Shown here in pieces: positions 9,324 through 17,835 of a DNA stretch of 64,000 bases. Both the position numbers and the translations under genes were made by a program. The notes under the pieces are model-generated. The model saw only the letters and a program-made list of their open reading frames with translations. It had not been told where the DNA came from and searched no databases. Each line of letters begins with the position of its first letter. Within the stretch, counting starts at the first letter, position 1. The DNA comes from Thermoplasmata archaeon (lineage in GTDB: Archaea; Thermoplasmatota; Thermoplasmata; Lutacidiplasmatales; UBA184): positions 478-64,477 of the forward strand of contig JAKIWX010000002.1 in NCBI GenBank assembly GCA_022749845.1, read 5' to 3'.

Positions 9324-9854
9324 CTAAGCTGCGGCCACCACGAGGTCGTGGCCCGCCTTGCTATGCGAGGCGACCCTGACCGTCTTCGTGTCCTTCGTCT
9401 TCCAGAAGATCTCGGCGACCTCCTGGACCTGCTTCAGTGCGTCCTCGGCCTCGGCGACCGCGGTGCCGCGGCGCGCCTTGCCGATCGCCTGGATTGCGTT
9501 CCAGACCTTGTCCGCGAGCTCCGGGAATTTCTTGGTGTGCTCCGGGGTGAAGTAGTCCGCCCAGAGGGTCACGAGTTCGCTCTCGGCACGGTCGGAATGC
9601 CGCTCCTTCACTCCGACGTACCGGGCGCATTGGGCGTGGTACTTCTCGATCTCCTCCGGCTTCGCCGGCTCGGGGGGAGCTTTGAGTTCGCCGATCAGCT
9701 GGTCCATGCGGAGCACAGTGAGCGCGGCGAGCTGGGCCTCGTGAGGGTCATAAATCCCGCAGGGGATGTCGCAGTGGGCGAGGACGGGAACGGGGGGTAC
9801 GAGCGCGTCCCGGAGGCCGATCCATGCGCGGCGAAAAGCGGTGTTGGCGAACAT
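9324..9854 (-). CDS. sodN: Nickel superoxide dismutase precursor
   Basis: Ni-hook HCDIPCGIYDP (canonical HCDLPCGVYDP) follows a 26-aa leader MFANTAFRRAWIGLRDALVPPVPVLA. ATG at 9852-9854. The longer ORF-track reading (to 10325) is an upstream extension overlapping sodX. Confidence 0.9.
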   Translation of the reverse strand: MFANTAFRRAWIGLRDALVPPVPVLAHCDIPCGIYDPHEAQLAALTVLRMDQLIGELKAPPEPAKPEEIEKYHAQCARYVGVKERHSDRAESELVTLWADYFTPEHTKKFPELADKVWNAIQAIGKARRGTAVAEAEDALKQVQEVAEIFWKTKDTKTVRVASHSKAGHDLVVAAA

Positions 9855-9884
9855 GAGCCGCGGAATCCGGAGTGAGGCATAAAG

Positions 9885-10313
9885 GTGCCGGAGCGCGCCC
9901 GTCTCGACGGTGAACGACGGCTCGACCGGTGGCGCCGGAGATTGCGGAGCCGCCGGGTGGAGGTGTTCGAACAGAGCATGGTACCCTCGCTGCTCCCGGG
10001 CGATCGCCTCTACGTGGATCCGCAGGCCTACGCGCTCACCGCCCCGGGCCGGGGCGACGTGGTCGTGGTGAGCGACCCCGAGTTCCGCGGTCGCTTCCTC
10101 GTGAAACGTGTGGGGGCGGTCGGAGGGGAGATACCGCCCGGCGGCGGCGCACCCGTGCCGCCCGGCGCGCTGTGGCTCGAGGGGGACTGGGGTACGGTGA
10201 GCCGGGACAGCCGCAACTTCGGTCCCATCGAGCTCGGCCGAGTGGTGGGCCGGGCCTGGTGGCGGTACTATCCGCCCGAACGCCGCGGACCCATCGACGG
10301 GGCAACACGTTAA
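9885..10313 (+). CDS. sodX: S26-family signal-peptidase-like NiSOD maturation protease
   Basis: Ser/Lys dyad context: SMVPSLLPGD (Ser), LVKRVGAV (Lys), GD...SRDSRNFGP. Divergent from sodN. Start uncertain; GTG 9957 is an alternative. Confidence 0.8.
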   Translation: MPERARLDGERRLDRWRRRLRSRRVEVFEQSMVPSLLPGDRLYVDPQAYALTAPGRGDVVVVSDPEFRGRFLVKRVGAVGGEIPPGGGAPVPPGALWLEGDWGTVSRDSRNFGPIELGRVVGRAWWRYYPPERRGPIDGATR

Positions 10314-10315
10314 GT

Positions 10316-10336
10316 GATGTGGCATTTTGCCACATC
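10316..10336. promoter_or_regulatory. Perfect 8-bp inverted repeat with A/T spacer at the sodX/wtpA junction
   Basis: GATGTGGC-ATTTT-GCCACATC lies between the sodX TAA (10311-10313) and the wtpA ATG (10338). It could be a terminator hairpin or an operator. Confidence 0.3.
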
Positions 10337-10337
10337 G

Positions 10338-11417
10338 ATGTCACCTCGAACGTTCAAGCTCTTCGCCGTCCTCGCGGCCGTGGTGTGCCTTGCCGGCGGG
10401 TTCGCGGGAGGCTGGCTCCTCCGCGGCCCCGGGTCCTCCTCGAACGGGGGCACACCCCCGACCTCCGGCTCGACGCTCACCCTCGTCGGCGCGGGGAGCC
10501 TGAACGCGGTCCTGCCGTCGATCGCCGCGAACTTCGCCGCCCAAACCCCGGGCGTGAGCGCCCCCAACGCCTCGCAAACGTACGAGGGAAGTATCGTCGC
10601 GATGCACGCCATCTCGCAACTCCACCAGGCCTACGACGTCGCGTTCGCGGCGGATTACCGCCTGATCCCACAAATCCTCGAGACGACCTACGCAAGCTAC
10701 GAGGTGGTGTTCGCTTCCGATCCGGTCGTGCTAGCCTACGCTCCCTCGGCGAGCGCCCTCTCCGGCATCAACGAATCGAACTGGGCGAACAAGATCGAAG
10801 CCTCGGGAGTGCTCCTCGGCGTGAGCAACGCCTCCACGGACCCGCTCGGGTACGCCGCGATCTTCACCCTCCAACTCGAGGGGCTGCTCCTGAGCAGCGA
10901 CCTGGGCAGCGTCTACGGGCACTTCTTTACGGGGTCGCCGGGGGCGTTCGCGAAACCGGTCTCCGCCTCCACCCGTCTCGCCCCGGAAACTCAGGCTGGG
11001 ACCGAACTCTCGGCCGGCACGGTCCAGGCGTTCCTCGTCTACCAATCCTACGCGCAGTCGGCCCACCTCACCTTCCTTTCGCTCCCTTGGCAAGTGAACC
11101 TCGGTTCGCTCAACGCTACCGCGCTCAGCACGTACGCGCAGGCGAGCACGGGCATCCTCGGCTCGAACCGATCGGTGGTCGTCGTCAAGGGTTCTCCCGT
11201 CCTGTTTGGCGCGACCGTCCCGCTCAACGCCCCCAACGCCGCGCTGGGGGAGCTGTTCCTCGCCTACCTCCTCTCTCCCGCGACCGCACCCACGCTCACG
11301 GCGGCAGGGTTCGTGCCGCTCCCGGTCGGATGGACGGACCGACCCTCCGCGCTCCCCAACGCGCTGTCGGCGAACGTCCAAGCGCTGCCCGGCTCGCTCG
11401 CTAGTGCGATCACGTGA
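10338..11417 (+). CDS. wtpA: Tungstate/molybdate ABC transporter substrate-binding protein (WtpA-like)
   Basis: Signal/anchor MSPRTFKLFAVLAAVVCLAGG. Blocks match the recalled Pyrococcus WtpA: GAGSL (HAGSL), FAADYRLIPQIL (ATADYTLIQKMM), VSNASTDPLGYAAIFTLQLE ([21 protein letters not shown]). First gene of the operon. Confidence 0.8.
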   Translation: MSPRTFKLFAVLAAVVCLAGGFAGGWLLRGPGSSSNGGTPPTSGSTLTLVGAGSLNAVLPSIAANFAAQTPGVSAPNASQTYEGSIVAMHAISQLHQAYDVAFAADYRLIPQILETTYASYEVVFASDPVVLAYAPSASALSGINESNWANKIEASGVLLGVSNASTDPLGYAAIFTLQLEGLLLSSDLGSVYGHFFTGSPGAFAKPVSASTRLAPETQAGTELSAGTVQAFLVYQSYAQSAHLTFLSLPWQVNLGSLNATALSTYAQASTGILGSNRSVVVVKGSPVLFGATVPLNAPNAALGELFLAYLLSPATAPTLTAAGFVPLPVGWTDRPSALPNALSANVQALPGSLASAIT

Positions 11418-12265
11418 GCCTCCGAGCGCGTCTCGCCACCGTCAGTCCGACGGTGCTTTCGGGCGTCCTCTCCGCCTCGCTCCTCGCGCTGTTCCTGCTT
11501 CCCCTCCTCGCGCTCGCCGAGTTCGCCACGCCCGCAGGGATCTGGAAGGAGGGCTCGGACCCGCAGTTCTGGACCGCGCTCTACGCGACCCTCCTCGCGA
11601 GCTCGATCGCGGTCGGCATCTCGCTCCTCCTCGGCGTCCCGCTCGGCTACCTTCTCGCGCGCAAGAGCTTCCCCGGCAAGTCGCTCGTCCGGTCGGCGGT
11701 CCTCCTGCCCGTCATGGTCCCCCACCTCGTCGCCGGCCTTGCCCTCCTCCTCTGGGTCGCGCCGGGGACCGCCGTGAGTCGGTTAGCCTCCTGGGCCGGC
11801 GTCCCGCTCGTCTACTCCATCTGGGCGGTTGTCCTCGTCATGGTGTACGTGGGGGCCTCGTACACGGTCCTCGCGAGCGAGCTCTCCTTCCGCAGGACCG
11901 ATGAGGAGACGCTCGAGGCGGCGCGCTCCCTCGGGGCCACACCGACCGACGCGTTCCTCGACGTCACGCTCCCCACCGCGAGTCGCGGGATCCTGACCGG
12001 TGCGCTCCTCACCTGGGCCCGGGGTGTGAGCGAGATCGGGGCCTTCCTCATCCTCGCCTACGCGATCTATCCCGCGGGACCCTACACAGGTGGCGTCACG
12101 AGCCCCGTGTCCGTGTACATCTACAATCTCTACGGGCTCAATCTCAGGGCGGCGGCCGCCGCCGCCACGCTGCTCGTACTTCTCGCCCTCGCGGCGTTCC
12201 TCGCCGTCCAGATCGCGGAGCGGTGGGGAAGGCTTCCCTGGCGGAGGGGGGAGATCGGAACATGA
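11414..12265 (+). CDS. wtpB: Tungstate/molybdate ABC transporter permease
   Basis: Six-TM BPD-transport permease with EAA-like loop (EETLEAARSLGATPTDAFLDVTLP). GTGA overlap with the wtpA stop. Confidence 0.85.
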   Translation: MSLRARLATVSPTVLSGVLSASLLALFLLPLLALAEFATPAGIWKEGSDPQFWTALYATLLASSIAVGISLLLGVPLGYLLARKSFPGKSLVRSAVLLPVMVPHLVAGLALLLWVAPGTAVSRLASWAGVPLVYSIWAVVLVMVYVGASYTVLASELSFRRTDEETLEAARSLGATPTDAFLDVTLPTASRGILTGALLTWARGVSEIGAFLILAYAIYPAGPYTGGVTSPVSVYIYNLYGLNLRAAAAAATLLVLLALAAFLAVQIAERWGRLPWRRGEIGT

Positions 12266-13290
12266 CGGGGCTCCTCCTCGACCAGGTCGCCGTCCGCCAG
12301 CACCGCTTCCGGCTCGGTCCCGTCTCGCTCGAGGTGGCCGCAGGAACGGTGAGCGCGCTCATCGGTCCGAACGGCGCCGGCAAGACGACGCTCCTACGCG
12401 CGATCGCCGGGTTCGGACCCCAGCCAACAGGTGAGATCCGGCTCGACGGAACGCGTCTCAACGATCTTCCGCCGGAGAAACGACGGATCGGCTGGGTGCC
12501 GGCGGGGCTCGGGCTCCTCCCGCAGCGCCGGGTCGAAGAGAACGTGCGGTACGGTCTCTCGCTCCGCGGCGACCCGGAAGCCCGGGAGAAAGCCGCACGA
12601 TGGGTCGACCGGCTCGGACTCACGCGCGTGGCTAGGGAGTACCCGGCTCGGCTCAGCTCCGGCGAACGCCAGCGCACCGCCATCGCGCGGGCGCTCGCCG
12701 TCGAGCCCCGGCTGCTGCTCCTTGACGAGCCCACCTCGGCGCTCGACGCCGATGCGAGGGAGGAGCTCGTCCGGACCGTCCGGGAACTCCTTACCTCGGA
12801 ACGGGTTCCCCTCCTCCTGGTGGCGCACGACGCGGTCACCGCGATCGCTCTCGCCGACCGGATCCACCTACTCCACGGGGGGGAGAGCCGGTTCGATGGC
12901 CCCCTCGCCGACCTGGAGGAGCGGCCCGTGGACCGGTTCTCCGCGCGATTCCTGGGTTTCGAAAACGTCCTTGCGCCGGAAACGCTGGCCTCGGCCCGGC
13001 CCGGGGCGCTCCGGGACCGCCTCCAGGCCGCTGCCGGTCCGGGCGGACTCGCGGCACCTTCTCGCGCGATCCGGATCGGCGGTACCGGTGCAGGAATCGA
13101 GGCGGAGCTCCGGGCCTGGCGGGGCCGCGGAAGGACGGTGGTCGTGGCCGCCGACGGACTCACCCTGCTCGGCGAGGCGGAGCGTGGGACCCCGGCTCCC
13201 CCCGTGGGCTCTCGCGTGCTCGTGCAGCTGCGCGAGGAGGAGTTACGGGCCCTCCCCGAGGAGGTGGAAGCTGCCGCGAGCGCGAACTGA
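12262..13290 (+). CDS. wtpC: Tungstate/molybdate ABC transporter ATP-binding protein
   Basis: Walker A GPNGAGKTT, signature LSSGERQR, Walker B LLLLDEPTSALD, C-terminal TOBE-like tail. ATGA overlap with the permease stop; ORF-track start 12223 is upstream and in frame. Confidence 0.9.
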   Translation: MTGLLLDQVAVRQHRFRLGPVSLEVAAGTVSALIGPNGAGKTTLLRAIAGFGPQPTGEIRLDGTRLNDLPPEKRRIGWVPAGLGLLPQRRVEENVRYGLSLRGDPEAREKAARWVDRLGLTRVAREYPARLSSGERQRTAIARALAVEPRLLLLDEPTSALDADAREELVRTVRELLTSERVPLLLVAHDAVTAIALADRIHLLHGGESRFDGPLADLEERPVDRFSARFLGFENVLAPETLASARPGALRDRLQAAAGPGGLAAPSRAIRIGGTGAGIEAELRAWRGRGRTVVVAADGLTLLGEAERGTPAPPVGSRVLVQLREEELRALPEEVEAAASAN

Positions 13291-13291
13291 G

Positions 13292-13927
13292 CCGTGGCTC
13301 ACCCCCATCGACCGCTCCCTCCTGATCGCCTTGGACACCTCCGCCTCGCTCGTGGAGGCGTGCCGGAGGGCGGGACTCACCCGCGATCGGGGCGTCTATC
13401 GACTTCGACGGTTGAGCAAAGGCTACGGCCGTGCCGTCGTCCACTCCCGCCGAGGCGGGTCGGGTCACGGACGATCGGCCCTCACCTCGTTCGGTCGCTC
13501 GCTGCTCGCCCGCGCCTTCCCGCGACGAGAGCCCTCGGGTCGGTCCAATCGGTTCACCGGAACCTACCACGCGGGCCCCCCGGCGCGGGTCCACGTCGCG
13601 GCGGGCGTCGACCTCGTCGTGGCGTTCCGCGCAGGGGAAGGGGAGCGGCTCCGAGTGTCGTTCGAACCGGACGCGCTCCTGCTCGCCCGCCGACGGTTCT
13701 CCTCGAGCGCCCGCAACGTATTCCGGACCCGCGTGCAGAAGCACCGTAGGGTCTCCGCCGAGGAGCTCGAGCTCACACTGAGCGTCGGTTCGCTTCGGCT
13801 CCGCGCGGCCGTCACTCCCACGGCGGCGGAACGCCTCCGGCTCGTGCCGGGGAGCGAGGTGTGGGCCTACCTGAAGGCCACGGCCCTGCGCCGGGAACTG
13901 GCGAACTTCCCCGGGGCGCGGGTTTAG
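13292..13927 (+). CDS. ModE-like transcriptional regulator (HTH plus TOBE/Mop-like domain)
   Basis: IDRSLLIALDTSASLVEACRRAGLTRDRGVYRLRRLSKGYGRAVVHSRRGG resembles the ModE N-terminal HTH. The C-terminus (NVFRTRV...LELTLSVGSLRLRAAVT...GSEVWAYLKA) is TOBE-like. No canonical start codon seen near the 5' end, so the start is unresolved. Confidence 0.6.
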   Translation, partial: PWLTPIDRSLLIALDTSASLVEACRRAGLTRDRGVYRLRRLSKGYGRAVVHSRRGGSGHGRSALTSFGRSLLARAFPRREPSGRSNRFTGTYHAGPPARVHVAAGVDLVVAFRAGEGERLRVSFEPDALLLARRRFSSSARNVFRTRVQKHRRVSAEELELTLSVGSLRLRAAVTPTAAERLRLVPGSEVWAYLKATALRRELANFPGARV

Positions 13928-13966
13928 CGCCCGCTCGGCGACCGAGGGCGGAAACCTCGAGAGAGA

Positions 13967-15025
13967 CTAGACGCGCGCCTCGAACACCCGGTTGAAGGGC
14001 GTCTGGGTCGCGCGCCGGAACTTCCCGAAGCCGGCCCCCTGCGCGATCTCGCGCAGCTTCTACTCGCTCGTTTGAGCGCCGAGCCCGAGGGCGCCCTCCT
14101 GGGCGAGGGAGGCCGGCACGCAGATCATCGTCGAGGCGCTCTAGAAGAGCCGGCCGACGGGGTTCATGTTCTCGGCGAGCGACTCCCCGGCGAACGGCTC
14201 GACCACCATCGAGGTCCCGTCCGCCTTGAGCGCCTTACGGACGTGGCGCGCCGCGGCCGCGGGGTCGCCCATGTCGTGCAGGCAATCGAAGAACGCCACC
14301 AGGTCGAACTCGGAGCCCGGGAACGCTTGGGCCGTACCGACCTTGAACTCGACCCGGTCGGCGAGGCCGGCCTTCTTCGCGGCCGCCTGGGCCGCCTGGA
14401 CGGAGCCTGGGTGGTAGTCGTACCCCACGAACTTTGAGTTCGGGAACGCCTGCGCCATGAGGATCGTCGAGGAGCCCTAGCCGCAGCCGATGTCCGCGAC
14501 CTTCGCGCCGCGGGTGAGCTTGTCGACCACACCGTCGAGCGCGGGAAGCCAGGCGCTGACGAGGTTCGCGACGGTGCCGGGCCGGAAGAACTTGTCCGTG
14601 CCCGCGAAGAGGTCGGGGTGCCGCGCGTCCCAGCCGAGGCCCTTGCCGCTGCGGAACGCTTCGACGATCCTCGGTTCGTCCTTCCAGGAGGTGGACATCA
14701 GCTGGAAGGCGCCGGGCAGGTAGGCCGGGCCCGTATCGTCGGCGAGGGTGAACGACTGCTCGGGGCTCAGGAAGAACCGTTCGGTCTTCGCGTTGAAGTT
14801 GACGTACCCCGAGACCGCTTGGGCGGAGAGTCATTCGAGGATGTTGCGCTCGTGGGTGCCCGTTCGAGCGGCGAGCTCCGCGGCCGACACCTCCTTGCCG
14901 CCGGCCATCGCCGTGTACAGGCCGAGCCGCTCGCCGAGGAGCACCGTCGCGCCGTGCGCGCAGGCGCCGAGGTCGCCGACGAACTTTCCGAGGAACTGGT
15001 TGAGCTTCTCTTGGTCGATGCGGCG
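13967..15025 (-). pseudogene. Class I SAM-dependent methyltransferase interrupted by four in-frame stops (1 TGA, 3 TAG), no frameshift
   Basis: One continuous frame reads IDQEKLNQFLGKFVGDLGA...ERNILE*LSAQAVSGY...KVADIGCG*GSSTILMAQAFP...NPVGRLF*SASTMICVPASLAQEG...GAQTSE*KLREIAQGAGFGKFRRATQTPFNRVFEARV. Stops at 14831-14833 (TGA), 14477-14479, 14141-14143 and 14060-14062 (TAG). No canonical start codon found at the N-terminus. Confidence 0.7.
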
Positions 15026-15163
15026 CCCGGCCGCCCTCTCTCTTCTTCTCCTCTCCCGTCGCCGGGGGCGGCATCCGGCACCCCGATATGGATGAACCGA
15101 TGGGCGCCCTGCGACGCCCTACGATTGGGGGTGCGGCCTCCCAAGCGTGGCGGCTCGGGGTCC

Positions 15164-15194
15164 GGGGGATGGGGGATGGGGGATGGGGGATGGG
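15164..15194 (+). repeat. (GGGGGAT)x4 + GGG tandem repeat; G-quadruplex-capable on the + strand
   Basis: Four perfect heptamers at 15164, 15171, 15178 and 15185, in the gap between the radA stop and the methyltransferase pseudogene. Confidence 0.9.
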
Positions 15195-15224
15195 CGGTCC
15201 GCCCTAACCGACAGGCCGATCCCA

Positions 15225-16208
15225 CTAGTCCCGGATCCCTTCCGAGGTGACCGAGAAGACGGCCTCCCCCTCGGGAAGGTTCGGCGAGTCGATGAGGCGA
15301 GCGATCCGCTTCGGTGGCTTCGACTTCCTCAGGTACACGCGGTACGTCGCCGCGTGGGCGACGATGTTCCCGCCGATCGGACGCGTCGGGTCGCCGAACA
15401 GGATGTCCGGCCGGGCCGAGACCTGGTTCGACACCACGACCGCGGCGTTGTAGGTGCCGGCGAAGCGCATGAGCTCGTGGAGGTGCTTGTTGAGGAGCTG
15501 CTGGCGCGGCGCGAGCTCGGCCCGCCCCGCGTACTCCGCGCGGAAGTGCGCGGTCAGGGAGTCCACCACGAGGAGCCGGATCGGCTTCGTGCGGGCGAGC
15601 TCCTGCGCCTTGGAGACGAGGAGCATCTGGTGGTTCGAGTTGAAGGCGCGGGCGATGTGGATGCGGGAGAGGGCGAGCTCCGGCTCGATGCCAGCCGCCT
15701 TCGCCATGTCGACGATCCGCTCGGGGCGGAAGGTGCTCTCGGTGTCGATGTAGACGACCTCCCCCTCGAGACCGCCCTGCGCCGCGGGGAGCTGGACGTC
15801 GACCGCGGCCTGGTGCCCGATCTGGGTCTTGCCGCTCCCGAACTCTCCGGCGAACTCGGTGATTGCTTGGGTCTCGATTCCCCCGCCGAGGAGTTCGTCG
15901 AGCGCTTTCGAATTCGTGCTGATGCGACCGAGCGTCTTCCTCCGTTCGAGGAGTGTCGTGCCGATCTCGAAGCTTCCCACGTCGGCCTGGCGGCGAGCCT
16001 CGCCGATGATGTGCTGGGCGATCTGCGTGCCGATTTCCGCGGCCTCGGCGACGTCGCCCGGGGAAGCGACGGCGAGCTCCATCAGGTCGGTGTAGCCCGC
16101 TTCGCGGAGCTTCTCGGCGGTAGTAGGACCTACCCCGGGCAGGTCCTCGAGCGCGACCGCCTTCTTCTCCTCCTCGACCGGGGGCCGGCTGGCGGCCTTC
16201 GCTGGCAC
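15225..16208 (-). CDS. radA: DNA repair and recombination protein RadA
   Basis: HhH N-domain ([20 protein letters not shown]), Walker [10 protein letters not shown], typical RadA core and C-terminus. Start set at GTG 16208, about 27 nt downstream of the TATA (leaderless); the ORF-track start at 16274 overlaps purC. Confidence 0.9.
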   Translation of the reverse strand: MPAKAASRPPVEEEKKAVALEDLPGVGPTTAEKLREAGYTDLMELAVASPGDVAEAAEIGTQIAQHIIGEARRQADVGSFEIGTTLLERRKTLGRISTNSKALDELLGGGIETQAITEFAGEFGSGKTQIGHQAAVDVQLPAAQGGLEGEVVYIDTESTFRPERIVDMAKAAGIEPELALSRIHIARAFNSNHQMLLVSKAQELARTKPIRLLVVDSLTAHFRAEYAGRAELAPRQQLLNKHLHELMRFAGTYNAAVVVSNQVSARPDILFGDPTRPIGGNIVAHAATYRVYLRKSKPPKRIARLIDSPNLPEGEAVFSVTSEGIRD

Positions 16209-16231
16209 AGGGGCGAGGACCCGGGCGTGGG

Positions 16232-16237
16232 GTATAA
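16232..16237 (-). promoter_or_regulatory. TATA box (TTTATA on the minus strand) for radA
   Basis: Forward tataaa at 16232-16237, directly adjacent to the purC stop. Confidence 0.5.
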
Positions 16238-16239
16238 AC

Positions 16240-17220
16240 CTACGCGGGAGGGCGGGAAACGCCCTCCGGCGCAACGGCGGCGAGCGGGTGGAACGGCTCG
16301 CCGGTAAGTCGCTGGAAGACGGTCGTGTACAGGCGGCTCACCTCGTCCACGAGGAGCGGGGGAAGCGGCGGGATGGGGGGCTCGTCCGTGCTCGCCTCGC
16401 GTGCCTTCTGCAGCTCCGCGAAGTAGCCGCTGCTCCGGTAGTGTTGCCGGACGAACTCCTTGGAGAACTCCACGAACCGTCCCCGCTCGAAGGCGCCTTT
16501 GTCCCAGAACCGGTCCTCGTCGGCCGTGCCGAAGGTGTCGACGAGCATGAGCGTCCCGTTCGCGTCGATCGCGAACTCCTTCTTCCCGTCGACGTGCAGG
16601 AGCCCGCGGGGCTCCACTTCCTTCGCCATGGCGGCGTCGATCGCGAGGATCATCTCCCGGATCCGCTCCTTCTGGGCGGTCTCGAGCACGGCGAGCTCGA
16701 GCGCCTCGGGCCAGTCGAGCGGTCGGTCGACGGCCTCGAGCTTCGTCGTAACCTCGAACATCGGCTCGGGGAGCGGGTCGCCGTACTGCACCGTCTTCCC
16801 GGAAGGGAAGCCGACTTCCTCGGGGCGGATCTTCCCGGCCTGGAACCGGTCCCAGAGGGAGCCCGCCACGTAGTAGCGTACGATGAACTCGAGCGGGAGG
16901 AGGTAGTTCACGGGATGGGGGCCCAACTTCTTCGGGTGCGGCTCGACCCGGACGCGGCGGACGCGCATCCCCGTCGGGCTCGAAAGCTCGAGAAAGTGGT
17001 GGGGGAGTCCGAGCTTCGTGCACAGCTCGAACCAGTGGGCGCTCGTCCGGGCGAGCGTCTCCCCCTTGTGGGGGATCTCGCTCGGGATGTGCTTGTCGAA
17101 CACCGAGATGTCGTTCGTGAACCGGAACTCGAGCTCGTTCGGCGAGAGCTCCCAGACCTCCTTCACCTTGCCTCGGCGGAGGTACTTGGCCGCTCCCGGA
17201 GCGGTCGCGCGCGGCGTCAT
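16240..17220 (-). CDS. purC: Phosphoribosylaminoimidazole-succinocarboxamide (SAICAR) synthase
   Basis: GKVKEVWEL...[15 protein letters not shown]...KGE.LA..S..WF; SAICAR synthase family pattern throughout. Confidence 0.85.
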   Translation of the reverse strand: MTPRATAPGAAKYLRRGKVKEVWELSPNELEFRFTNDISVFDKHIPSEIPHKGETLARTSAHWFELCTKLGLPHHFLELSSPTGMRVRRVRVEPHPKKLGPHPVNYLLPLEFIVRYYVAGSLWDRFQAGKIRPEEVGFPSGKTVQYGDPLPEPMFEVTTKLEAVDRPLDWPEALELAVLETAQKERIREMILAIDAAMAKEVEPRGLLHVDGKKEFAIDANGTLMLVDTFGTADEDRFWDKGAFERGRFVEFSKEFVRQHYRSSGYFAELQKAREASTDEPPIPPLPPLLVDEVSRLYTTVFQRLTGEPFHPLAAVAPEGVSRPPA

Positions 17221-17301
17221 GTCGGTGAAGCGAGGCGGGGCACTACTTGAGAGTGCGCGACGGGGCCGCGCCGCACTCCCGGTCCGGAGCCCGGGAGCCG
17301 C

Positions 17302-17835
17302 TCAGAGCGTCCGCGCGTGGAGCGCGGTGATCGGGCGGAAGCCGCGCTTGGCGTAGAAGCGCGCCGCGATCTCGTTCTGGGTCGGGAACTCGGCGGTGAC
17401 GATGCCGGCGCCCCGCTCGGCGAGCCGCCGGGTCGTCTCCTCGAGGAGGTACTCGCCGACGCCGTGGCGGCGGTAGAGCGGGAGCAGATAGATGTCGAGG
17501 ATGACCCCCTCCTTCTCAGGAGTGTAGAACGGGCGTTCGCGCACGGTCGCGCGAACGATGCCGACGAGCTTGCCGTGGTCCGCGCCGCTCCCTTCGGCGG
17601 CGAGCAGCACCGACTGGGGGTTCTCGAGGTCCGCCTCGAGGACGGCCTGGGCGCGCGCCTCTGCGTCCGTGCGGACCTTGAGGAGCGGGTCGAACTCCTC
17701 GTTGAGCCGCTTCAGCCGGAGCAGGAGCGGCACGAGGTGAGGGAGATCTTCGCGACGTGCCGGCCTCAGCCGAATCCGGTCCTCTGCTCCGTGCGAGGAG
17801 GCTGCGCTCGTTCCTGGGTGCGTCATCGGTGTCAC
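17302..17835 (-). CDS. GNAT family N-acetyltransferase
   Basis: Acetyl-CoA binding motif YRRHGVGEYLLEE...RLAERG, C-terminal ARFYAKRGFRP. GTGA overlap with the malic enzyme stop; ATG 17826 is an alternative start. Confidence 0.8.
   Translation of the reverse strand: MTPMTHPGTSAASSHGAEDRIRLRPARREDLPHLVPLLLRLKRLNEEFDPLLKVRTDAEARAQAVLEADLENPQSVLLAAEGSGADHGKLVGIVRATVRERPFYTPEKEGVILDIYLLPLYRRHGVGEYLLEETTRRLAERGAGIVTAEFPTQNEIAARFYAKRGFRPITALHARTL

Noticed and set aside
13967-15025. Pyrrolysine (TAG) or selenocysteine/Trp (TGA) recoding as the explanation for the in-frame stops
   Set aside because: TAG and TGA both terminate the large majority of confidently identified genes in this window. No pyl or sel genes or SECIS-like element were noticed nearby. 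The gene also lacks a start codon. It is kept only as a low-probability alternative in the finding.
15164-15194. Possible CRISPR or minisatellite array
   Set aside because: The units are 7-nt contiguous heptamers with no spacers. It is a microsatellite, not a CRISPR array.
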